64,000 nt of DNA from Candidatus Gastranaerophilales bacterium (GTDB taxonomy: Bacteria; Cyanobacteriota; Vampirovibrionia; Gastranaerophilales; Gastranaerophilaceae): NCBI GenBank assembly GCA_944326015.1, contig CALVCJ010000001.1, forward strand, positions 1,068 through 65,067, read 5' to 3'. The notes under the pieces are model-generated. The model saw only the letters and a list, made by a program, of their open reading frames with translations. It was not told the DNA's origin and made no database searches. Made by a program: the position numbers and the translations under genes. This document shows positions 1 to 8,054 of the stretch, in pieces (position 1 is the first letter of the stretch; each line of letters starts with the position of its first letter).

Positions 1-428
1 ACTGTCTGACAAAACCCGATTTCGTTATTATGATTAGAAAAAGTTTTATGAGTTTTGAATTTTTCAGACAAAACAGAATAAACCATCTCTTTTGTTGTAG
101 TTTTACCGGAACTTCCCGTAATACCGACAACTATCGGATTATATTTTTTTCTGGCAAAATTTGCAATCTGCAGATATGCTTTTAATGTATCAGGGACTTT
201 TAAACTGAACTCAGCACAGCAATCTTGTGTACAGAAGCACCCTGCAGCTCCTGCCTCAATTGCTTTTTCACAAAAACTTTCGCCGTCAAAATTTGCACCC
301 TTTAAAGGTAAATACAAATTTCCCTTTTTAATTGTTCTTGTATCAGTTGAAATTTCAAAATCCCCTTCCAAGTTTCCTTTAATTTCGGCATGTGTAGCTT
401 TTTTCAATTCTTCAACAGTAAATTTCAT
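1..428 (-). CDS. murF: UDP-N-acetylmuramoyl-tripeptide--D-Ala-D-Ala ligase, N-terminal part (runs off the window start)
   Basis: Manual translation from ATG at 428: MKFTVEELKKATHAEIKG...ISTDTRTIKKGNLYLPLKGANFDGESF...VVGITGSSGKTTTKEM...NHNNEIG, which are MurF motifs. Not in the ORF track. Confidence 0.9.
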   Translation of the reverse strand, partial: MKFTVEELKKATHAEIKGNLEGDFEISTDTRTIKKGNLYLPLKGANFDGESFCEKAIEAGAAGCFCTQDCCAEFSLKVPDTLKAYLQIANFARKKYNPIVVGITGSSGKTTTKEMVYSVLSEKFKTHKTFSNHNNEIGFCQT

Positions 429-500
429 CTCTCCCTCGCTAAAATAATTTTACCGCAAACAAACACGCTAAAACGTAAAGTTAATAAATGTTAATAGTGC

Positions 501-529
501 TTGACAAGGGGTTTTGAGCAGGTGATAAT
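501..529 (+). promoter_or_regulatory. sigma70-type promoter for rplU-rpmA
   Basis: TTGACA (501-506), 17-nt spacer, GATAAT (524-529). Confidence 0.65.
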
Positions 530-764
530 AATTGATGTATTAGTATGCGGTAACTCGTTGACAATTTTTCGAAAGCTTATAAAGCCAAACAGATGCGAGG
601 GACAAGCCATTCTGAAACATATAAAATAAAACAAATTTACCCGAGTGCATTAATAATAAGTCGGTAATAAAAATGTTTCAAAACTTGATCTTAACCATTA
701 AAAGGCGGTATATGTAATCCCGTAAGCTATGTCGAAAAAACGAAACCCAAGAAAGGAAAAGAAA

Positions 765-1115
765 ATGTACGCAATTGTAGAAACAGGCGGAAAACAGTAT
801 CAGGTAGAAGAAGGAAGATACCTTGACGTTGAATTATTAGACGGCGAAAAAGATTCAAAAGTAGTTTTTGATAAAGTCGTTATGATAGTAAATGGTAAAA
901 AATCTAAAGTAGGGCAGCCTTATGTTACAGGCGCTTCTGCTGAAGGTACAATCGTTAAACATGACAAAGAAAAGAAAATCATCGTTTACAAACAAAGACC
1001 TAAAAAAGGTTACAGAAGAAAACAAGGACACAGACAGGGCTTCACAAGAGTAATGATTTCTAAAATCAGAACATCTGCTCAGAAAAAAGCCGCTGAAACA
1101 ACTGAAGAAGCATAA
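765..1115 (+). CDS. rplU: 50S ribosomal protein L21
   Basis: MYAIVETGGKQYQVEEG...KGYRRKQGHRQGFT. Start moved to ATG 765, after AAGGA. Confidence 0.97.
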   Translation: MYAIVETGGKQYQVEEGRYLDVELLDGEKDSKVVFDKVVMIVNGKKSKVGQPYVTGASAEGTIVKHDKEKKIIVYKQRPKKGYRRKQGHRQGFTRVMISKIRTSAQKKAAETTEEA

Positions 1116-1241
1116 AATAATGCATTAATCAAAACCGATAATAAAACTATCGGGAAAGTAATACAAAAAATCGTACAGAGGCGACACTTCAATTAACTGT
1201 AAGTTACGACTGCGTACGTAGTACATAAGGAGAAATAAATT

Positions 1242-1496
1242 ATGGCACATAAGAAAGGTATGGGATCAACCCGTAACGGACGTGATTCGGAAGCGAAGCG
1301 ATTAGGCGTTAAAAAATTCGGCGGAGAAATCGTTAAAGCCGGAAATATCCTTGTTCGTCAAAGAGGAACAAAAGTTCATCCCGGAAACAATGTAGGTATC
1401 GGTTCTGATGATACATTGTATGCATTAATTGACGGTCAGGTGAAATTTGAAGCGCACAGACGCGACAGAAAACAGGTTAGCGTTTACGCGGTGTAA
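1242..1496 (+). CDS. rpmA: 50S ribosomal protein L27
   Basis: [25 protein letters not shown]; AAGGAG RBS; no N-terminal Prp-cleaved extension. Confidence 0.98.
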   Translation: MAHKKGMGSTRNGRDSEAKRLGVKKFGGEIVKAGNILVRQRGTKVHPGNNVGIGSDDTLYALIDGQVKFEAHRRDRKQVSVYAV

Positions 1497-1530
1497 AAAT
1501 TAAAAATAAAGTTATACAAATCAAATAAAC

Positions 1531-1554
1531 AAAGGGCTGCAATTGTGGCTCTTT
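1531..1554 (+). terminator. probable intrinsic terminator after rpmA
   Basis: AAAGGGCTGC-AATT-GTGGCTCTTT hairpin followed by a T-rich run. Confidence 0.55.
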
Positions 1555-1628
1555 ATTTATATTCAATAAATATTTTCATTCATTCGGAATGATAAAAGCT
1601 CATCCGGACTGTTCCAGCACCGAAACAA

Positions 1629-2417
1629 TCAGTATTTTATACTATCGTAATACTCGGTATAATTTGTTTTATCTTTACTAAAATATATTTCTGATTTCTT
1701 AAAGCCGTCTTTATCAATCATACAAATAGCAACATCACCTACTACATCGTCCTGAGTCCCATAATAGAATTCATACCTTTTTACCTCACCTGTTTTGGGA
1801 TTAAATGCTGTGGTTTTATTAATCATACGTCCATTGTTATATTCAATATCTTTTGCAAATTGGCTTCTGTCCGCTTTCAATTTTTCTTCAAGGTCAAATG
1901 GAGAAGTTCCATAACTTACAATATCATCTTTATATGGAAAATTATCCCTGTCATATTCAAATGTTCTAAAATGAAATTCCCCATCCGCACCGTAAGTTGT
2001 TTCAATATGTTTTAATCCTTTTGAAGCGTCGAGAGGATATGAAAATTCCTGTATAGCCTCAAAATTTTCCTTTTTTGACCCGTCTTTATCATATCTGTAA
2101 ATTTTTACCGGTCTGCCGTTTTCAATAATTGTCAGCTTTGATGCTAATTCGTCTTTTTCTACTTCAAAATCCTTGCCTTCAACTTTTCCCTGCGTCGTTA
2201 AATCAACTTTCAATTCATCTATACTTTTCCTTTCAGGCGCTCTTTTTTGTCGAGGGGTAACAATTGCATAAGCCTTTGCGACATCTGAGGTTTCTTTTTT
2301 CACTATATCAGGAGCTATTGTTGTTGAATTTGAGTTATCTTTATTTTCAGCAGGAGTATTTACCTGCGATTTATAAGTGTAAAGTAAATTTGTACTAACA
2401 GGACTAATTTTATCCAT
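1629..2417 (-). CDS. hypothetical protein (262 aa)
   Basis: ORF with AAGGA RBS; N/S/T-rich N-terminus; no family recognised. Confidence 0.75.
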   Translation of the reverse strand: MDKISPVSTNLLYTYKSQVNTPAENKDNSNSTTIAPDIVKKETSDVAKAYAIVTPRQKRAPERKSIDELKVDLTTQGKVEGKDFEVEKDELASKLTIIENGRPVKIYRYDKDGSKKENFEAIQEFSYPLDASKGLKHIETTYGADGEFHFRTFEYDRDNFPYKDDIVSYGTSPFDLEEKLKADRSQFAKDIEYNNGRMINKTTAFNPKTGEVKRYEFYYGTQDDVVGDVAICMIDKDGFKKSEIYFSKDKTNYTEYYDSIKY

Positions 2418-2594
2418 ATAAAAATCCTTACTACACTAATTGTTAATGTTAATATTAAGTCACAAAAAATCAAAAAATTGCTAGAAATTAAAATTATGTT
2501 ACAAAATATTAAAGTTTTATATAAAATTCTAAAGATTTAAGGCTGTAAAACCGATAAAATAAATATGATAAGAAAGTATTGGAGATAACCAGAT

Positions 2595-2750
2595 ATGCTA
2601 AAAAAGATTGTAACACCTTCGTGTAATATATGCGACAGTGTGGAATTTATATTAAGAGGAGCGAGAAAACGCCGTCATATGGCATTATTATCCGCAAAAC
2701 AAATTAATGCGGATGCTGGTATTCAATCAGCACTGAAAGCAGTCAGATAG
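2595..2750 (+). CDS. small hypothetical protein (51 aa) with CxxC
   Basis: GGAG (2581-2584), ATG 2595, MLKKIVTPSCNICDSVEFILRGARKRRHMALLSAKQINADAGIQSALKAVR, TAG ending at 2750, then a strong hairpin. Below the ORF-track cutoff. Confidence 0.55.
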   Translation: MLKKIVTPSCNICDSVEFILRGARKRRHMALLSAKQINADAGIQSALKAVR

Positions 2751-2784
2751 TGATTACTTTTTAGTAAGAATGAGAGTGCATAAT

Positions 2785-2809
2785 TAAAGACCGGTATTGC
2801 CGGTCTTTA
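2785..2809. terminator. bidirectional intrinsic terminator
   Basis: Perfect 10-bp stem TAAAGACCGG-TATTG-CCGGTCTTTA between convergent ORFs. Confidence 0.8.
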
Positions 2810-2863
2810 TTTTAAAACAGCCACAAATTAATACTTGAAAATAAAATTCGATTTAATTTTTAA

Positions 2864-3487
2864 TCAAATTTTAGAATAATGTCTTAAAGTTTCACCTTTC
2901 AGAACATGCTTTCTATAACTTTTAAGCTTACAATTTATGCTTGGTAGAGAGTCAATTTCTCTCTGAAAATTACGATATAAAGCTTTTTCACGCTCTTTTA
3001 TAGCTTTCTCAATATCACTTTTACCGTCATACGATTTAGCGCTCTTTCTTGCAGAACACATTACCAAAAGCAGTATAATTATCGACATTAAGCTCCATAT
3101 AACACGTTGTTCATGAATTGAATTACTAACAACAAGGGGTGAAGAATTTGGAGTTTCAAAGACTATGTCAGCTTTTGAAATTTCAGGAGCTTCTATATAA
3201 ATTTTTAACTCATTATTTTTTTTGTTCTGAATAATAATCCCTTTTACATCAGAAGTATTTTTATAAAGAGTATTAATATCTGGAGACTGTGAAATACCTC
3301 TAAGAGTCAAAACAAGTTTATCACTGCTCTGTGACTCTCTTTTCATTTTAACAACCTTATCCAATCGTAATATAACAGATAAATTACCATCATTATTTGA
3401 AATTACAACGGAATTCAAAAAATTATCTGAAGCGTAAGCTGCCAGACCTGCAAAGACTAATAATATTATTAAAAATTTCTTCAACAT
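2864..3487 (-). CDS. secreted/membrane protein with AMIN-like domain
   Basis: Signal peptide MLKKFLIILLVFAGLAAYA; beta-rich domain (LNSVVISNNDGNLSVILRL...KLVLTL) resembling AMIN; C-terminal TM helix. Confidence 0.55.
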   Translation of the reverse strand: MLKKFLIILLVFAGLAAYASDNFLNSVVISNNDGNLSVILRLDKVVKMKRESQSSDKLVLTLRGISQSPDINTLYKNTSDVKGIIIQNKKNNELKIYIEAPEISKADIVFETPNSSPLVVSNSIHEQRVIWSLMSIIILLLVMCSARKSAKSYDGKSDIEKAIKEREKALYRNFQREIDSLPSINCKLKSYRKHVLKGETLRHYSKI

Positions 3488-3681
3488 ATCCTAGTATTCC
3501 TTTTACATATACACAATACAAGATGCAGTTTAAATTAACATCAATCAAGCGGGTTAAGTATATAAATCTATAGTATGATATATTTATTAAGCTTTGTAAC
3601 AAAAGAAAGCTACTCTGAAATTCAAGGTAAAAATATTTTTTTATATCTATGTAAGACATGAGATATTAACAGGAGCAGAAT

Positions 3682-4050
3682 ATGAATGATATAACAGCAA
3701 AATCATCGGATTCAAGAACAAACAATATCAGAAACACAAAACCTTCAGAATCAGTTGAGACAGCAGGCTCTCTTGCAATGAATAAGTTTCAAAGCCTTTT
3801 TGAAACAAATGTTTATGATATGTTTTCTTCAAGTAATCCGTTTACAGTTGACTATACTCAATATTCTGACAGCGGATCAAATATTGCATTTACCGGCGGC
3901 TTTTTAAGCAGTTTTTCAAATGCAGTTTCAATATTATCTTCAAGCAGCAGTTTTTCAGATGGTGGTTCGTTCTCAGGTACCTCTTGCGGAGGCGGATTTA
4001 CAGGCGGCAGTTGCACAGGATCTTCAGGCGGTTTTACCTCAGTATGTTAA
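3682..4050 (+). CDS. Ser/Gly-rich hypothetical protein (122 aa)
   Basis: AGGAG RBS; low-complexity C-terminus GGSFSGTSCGGGFTGGSCTGSSGGFTSVC. Confidence 0.7.
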   Translation: MNDITAKSSDSRTNNIRNTKPSESVETAGSLAMNKFQSLFETNVYDMFSSSNPFTVDYTQYSDSGSNIAFTGGFLSSFSNAVSILSSSSSFSDGGSFSGTSCGGGFTGGSCTGSSGGFTSVC

Positions 4051-4120
4051 GCTACAACAAAAAAAGAAATACATTAATTGACGGTTAAAATAACCGTCTT
4101 TTTTATATTATAAATATAAT

Positions 4121-4381
4121 ATGAGTAAAAAATATTATACTTACATAATTTTGACAAAACGAAATACATTTTACTGTGGCTACACTGATAATTTAGAAAA
4201 AAGATTTCAGGCCCATATTGAGGGCAAAGGTGCAAAATATACACGTGCAAATAAACCACTTAAAATAGTTTATAAAAAAGAATTTGACACAAAATCCGAA
4301 GCCATGAAAGAAGAAGCAAAAATTAAAAGACTTTCTCATCAAAAAAAACTTGAGCTATTAAGAAATAAAAATTTATCTTAA
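4121..4381 (+). CDS. GIY-YIG nuclease, UPF0213 (YazA/YhbQ) family
   Basis: YYTYII...FYCGYTDNLEKRFQAH..GKGAKYTR...EAMKEEAKIKRLS. Confidence 0.9.
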   Translation: MSKKYYTYIILTKRNTFYCGYTDNLEKRFQAHIEGKGAKYTRANKPLKIVYKKEFDTKSEAMKEEAKIKRLSHQKKLELLRNKNLS

Positions 4382-5727
4382 ATCTGGTTCTCTACTTTTT
4401 GCCGCTCTTTTTGAAGACGTCTCAGCTCTTTCCGGCGTTGTTTTTCCAGTTTTTGCTGCTTCTTTGCTTCTTGTACTGCCTTTATTTCCTTATATTTTAC
4501 AAGTATTTCATCTGAAGATGTTGAACCTTGAATTTTTCTGCGTAAATCATAATCTTTTTGGGATTCTTTGAATTCTTCATCCAACTGCTTAATTTTTGCT
4601 TTGTAAGATTTTTCCAGAGCTTTCACTTCATCTTTGTCTTGTTGTTTCTTTTGTTTTGTCTTTTCTTTTTCAATACGTTTAAGCTGCTTTTCTTCCATTT
4701 CTGATATATCAGGTGAAACAATTCCGTCCTTAATAAGTTTATAGCCATTCATACCTATCAAAACATCAGAATTTGTAAATGTAATAAGTCTTGACTGTTC
4801 TCCTTTAGAATTCACTGACCAGGTTCCAAGATTAACAGGAAAATCCCCAGTGTATGCAACAGCATTCACAATTACCCAATCAGGATTATCCGCAGCAAAA
4901 CCGAGAGGATAAATATCCCAACGCTTATCTTCTAAATTTAGATTTCTGTTTTCTTTCCAGTAGTAAATAATTGCATCCCTGACTTCAATTAAATCGTAGG
5001 AAACATTTGTTGTAAAATCATAAACTACTGGAGTAGTCCTCCATATACCGTCTTTTGAATTTCCAATCTTTTCTTTAACGAGGAGCTTTGACCCATCTGC
5101 GGTAAAATCAACGGGAGTCAATGTTCTGAATGTATAATAATTATCATTAGTTTTGTCTGTTGACAAAATAGGATCTGAAAGTCTATGAATAGTATTTGCC
5201 GTTAAAATCTTGTCCATATTCGATTTTGCTTCCTCAAGATTTATAACAAATAAATCACACGCTGTTGAACCACTGTTAGGATAATAATAAACAGCCGGGT
5301 AAACAAGTTTTGTAAAATCCGGAGACACAATACCTTGAGCATTTTGCTGACGTTTTTGGTAAAATGTTTTTGTCAGAGTAATTTCAGGACTTCCCGGTGG
5401 ATCATTGTATCTTACGATTTTATAAGAAGGCTGTGGGACATAAACCATGTCCGCAGGAGTCGGGGGTTTAGGAACATCAATTTCAACAGTCATTCTATCT
5501 TTTGGAGCCGATAAAATTTCGTATTCCTCCATTGTCATATATCCGGACGGATTTCTATTTAATTTTGCACGTTTAAATTTATCTTTTTCTTCCTGTTTAT
5601 TAACATTGTGTATATATTTGGCTTCTTTTTTTGTAACATCTTTGTCAAAATTCGGTAGCGGAATTTCATCACCCCACTGAATATAAGCGCAGAAAGCAGC
5701 CGCAATTCCGAGAAGCACATAAATCAT
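4378..5727 (-). CDS. hypothetical membrane-anchored protein with C-terminal coiled coil (449 aa)
   Basis: N-terminal hydrophobic stretch, beta-rich middle, K/E/Q-rich tail; start abuts the stop of the upstream response regulator. Confidence 0.75.
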   Translation of the reverse strand: MIYVLLGIAAAFCAYIQWGDEIPLPNFDKDVTKKEAKYIHNVNKQEEKDKFKRAKLNRNPSGYMTMEEYEILSAPKDRMTVEIDVPKPPTPADMVYVPQPSYKIVRYNDPPGSPEITLTKTFYQKRQQNAQGIVSPDFTKLVYPAVYYYPNSGSTACDLFVINLEEAKSNMDKILTANTIHRLSDPILSTDKTNDNYYTFRTLTPVDFTADGSKLLVKEKIGNSKDGIWRTTPVVYDFTTNVSYDLIEVRDAIIYYWKENRNLNLEDKRWDIYPLGFAADNPDWVIVNAVAYTGDFPVNLGTWSVNSKGEQSRLITFTNSDVLIGMNGYKLIKDGIVSPDISEMEEKQLKRIEKEKTKQKKQQDKDEVKALEKSYKAKIKQLDEEFKESQKDYDLRRKIQGSTSSDEILVKYKEIKAVQEAKKQQKLEKQRRKELRRLQKERQKVENQI

Positions 5728-6402
5728 TTACACAAGTCCTTCTTTCATTGCCATTGAAATAGCTTTTGATCTGGTATTTACATACAATTTTTGCAAAATA
5801 CTATGTACATGAGTTTTTGTAGTTGAAATTGTAATAACAAGTTTTTCTGCAATTTGAGGATTAGTAAGTCCGTCTACGATTAAAGCCAAAACTTCCATCT
5901 CGCGCTCTGTTAACCCATAAAGATTTTTACCTAGTTTATAATTAATTTCTCCGCGTTTTTCAGTTACAGAAGTTGAGCGTCTTATATTAGTCAAAACGAC
6001 CTTCGCAATTGCAGGATCGAGCCAGCCTGCTCCCTCTGACACAGCAAGAACAGCAGAAACTGTCTGCTCTGATGTAGCACCTTTGGTAATATAACCGTCG
6101 GCTCCTGCTTTAAAAGAATCAAAAATATCATCTTCACTTTCACGTGAAGTATACATGAGAACTTTAATATCAGAATTTACAGCTTTAATTCTACGCGTTG
6201 CCTCAATACCATCTATTGTGGGCAGCCCTATATCCATGATCATTACATCCGGCAGAATTTCAAGAGCCATATCAACGCCTTCCTGACCATCAGCACACAT
6301 ACCGGCAATTTTAATATCGGGATTATTGCCAAGAATAACGGAAAGTCCCATACGCGCCATGTCATGGTCTTCGACAATTAAAACTCTTACATTTTTAGCC
6401 AT
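5728..6402 (-). CDS. NarL/FixJ-family response regulator (REC + LuxR HTH)
   Basis: VLIVEDH...PDVMIMDIGLP...GADGYITK; LTEREMEVLALIVDGLTNPQIAEKL..STTKTHVHSILQKL. Start moved to ATG 6402. Confidence 0.93.
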   Translation of the reverse strand: MAKNVRVLIVEDHDMARMGLSVILGNNPDIKIAGMCADGQEGVDMALEILPDVMIMDIGLPTIDGIEATRRIKAVNSDIKVLMYTSRESEDDIFDSFKAGADGYITKGATSEQTVSAVLAVSEGAGWLDPAIAKVVLTNIRRSTSVTEKRGEINYKLGKNLYGLTEREMEVLALIVDGLTNPQIAEKLVITISTTKTHVHSILQKLYVNTRSKAISMAMKEGLV

Positions 6403-7996
6403 TTGAAACCTGTCTTTCTTTAATTTTACCGTCAGTAACCACATCTGTCAGTATAAAAGAAAATTCACTGCCTTTATCAAGTTTGCTATCAACCCAAATT
6501 TTACCATTGTGAGCTTCTATAATCTGCCTTGATAAATATAAACCTAAGCCCGTCCCTGTTGAGCGCTTTCGTGCCGTTCCCTGTGAAAAACGCTTAAAAA
6601 GGTTAGGGATATCAGATTGTGGAATTCCATTACCATTATCCGTCACTGAAAATATAAAATCACCGTTCTGTGATTTTGTAAGAACACTAATTTTACCTCT
6701 TTTATTAGTGTAGTTAATAGCATTTCCGCAAAGATTTGTTATAACCCTTTTTATCTCTGCTCTGTCAGCCATTATATGAAGATTATTTGGTATTTCGTAA
6801 ATCAAATCAAACGAAAGCTCTTTCTTATCAGCAAGCGGCTTTAATTCCGAATAGCACTGATCAACAAGATCTTTTACAGAAAATGCTGTTTTACAAAGTG
6901 TTAACTGACCGCTTTCAAATCTATAAACTTCAAGCAAAGCATTAACAAGTCCTAAAAGATCTTCATTGCTCTGAAGCATTGTAGATAATAAAACCTTTTG
7001 TTTTTCGTCAAGTTCACCGATTGCACCTTCAAGGAAAAATTTTAAAGTCTGTATAGCAGCAAGTAACGGAGTTCTCATATCATGTGTAAGAGTTGCAATA
7101 AAGTCATCTCTTAATTTTTCAGCTTCTTTCTGAACACTGACATCTCTTATAACACCTACAAATTTATCAGGAGCATTGTCATCGCTGGAAATCATCGCAA
7201 AACTAATTTCAACCGGTGAATGAATTCCACTTAAAGAATTAACAATGTAGTAGTCTCTCAGTAAAATCTCAAAATTATCTTCACCCAGTCCAAAAATTTC
7301 GCCAGACTTATTATTCTGTGAGGAATTAAACTCTTTAACATTTGAATACGCAATTTCCTGAAATCTCTTTTTACACAGAGCATCACAAGAAAGCCCGGTC
7401 ATATTTTCGCAAGCGGGGTTAACCTGCAATATATGTCCGCAGCCATCCAGAATAACTATTCCGTCTGCACAATAATTAATTATTCCAGAAAGTTTTTTAT
7501 TAGCTTCTTGAAGTTCGGCGGTACGCTCTGCCACTATTTTTTCAAGATTTGCGGAATACTCTTGCAATTGAATTTTTGCCTGTTCAAGCTCTTCTATTTT
7601 ATTTCTCAGATTTTCTAACAAATGACTTCTTTCAATACCATTTCTGATATTCATAAGTAAGTCATCGTTATCCCATGGTTTTTCAATATATTTGTACAAA
7701 CCAACCTCATTAATAGCACGAATAGCATTTTCTTTATCAGCATACCCCGTTAAAAGTATCATACTGACTTCAGGATAAAGTTTTTTTGCTTCGCGCAGGA
7801 ATTCAAGCCCGTTCATTTCAGGCATAATAAAGTCCGAGATAATCAAATCAGGTATATTATCTTTTAAAAATGCCAATGCCTCACACGGGCTGTTAAATAA
7901 ATGTATATCATTAAATCCCTCAACTTTAAATAAGGTTTTAAAAGCCGAGGTAACCATTTTTTCATCATCAACTATTACAATTTTACCGGTATTCAT
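6395..7996 (-). CDS. hybrid sensor histidine kinase (REC-PAS-HisKA-HATPase)
   Basis: IVIVDDE...DLIISDFIMP; PAS (DGIVILD..VNPA); LTHDMRTPL; N and G boxes (GTGLGLY). Confidence 0.93.
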   Translation of the reverse strand: MNTGKIVIVDDEKMVTSAFKTLFKVEGFNDIHLFNSPCEALAFLKDNIPDLIISDFIMPEMNGLEFLREAKKLYPEVSMILLTGYADKENAIRAINEVGLYKYIEKPWDNDDLLMNIRNGIERSHLLENLRNKIEELEQAKIQLQEYSANLEKIVAERTAELQEANKKLSGIINYCADGIVILDGCGHILQVNPACENMTGLSCDALCKKRFQEIAYSNVKEFNSSQNNKSGEIFGLGEDNFEILLRDYYIVNSLSGIHSPVEISFAMISSDDNAPDKFVGVIRDVSVQKEAEKLRDDFIATLTHDMRTPLLAAIQTLKFFLEGAIGELDEKQKVLLSTMLQSNEDLLGLVNALLEVYRFESGQLTLCKTAFSVKDLVDQCYSELKPLADKKELSFDLIYEIPNNLHIMADRAEIKRVITNLCGNAINYTNKRGKISVLTKSQNGDFIFSVTDNGNGIPQSDIPNLFKRFSQGTARKRSTGTGLGLYLSRQIIEAHNGKIWVDSKLDKGSEFSFILTDVVTDGKIKERQVSNG

Positions 7997-8054
7997 ACTT
8001 TATATAATACGATATTTTAATAAACAAGACAAATACATTACAAAATTGCAATAA

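Noticed and set aside
4121-4381. GIY-YIG protein as a homing endonuclease or mobile element
   Set aside because: Size and motifs fit the housekeeping UPF0213 family; no intron or IS context.
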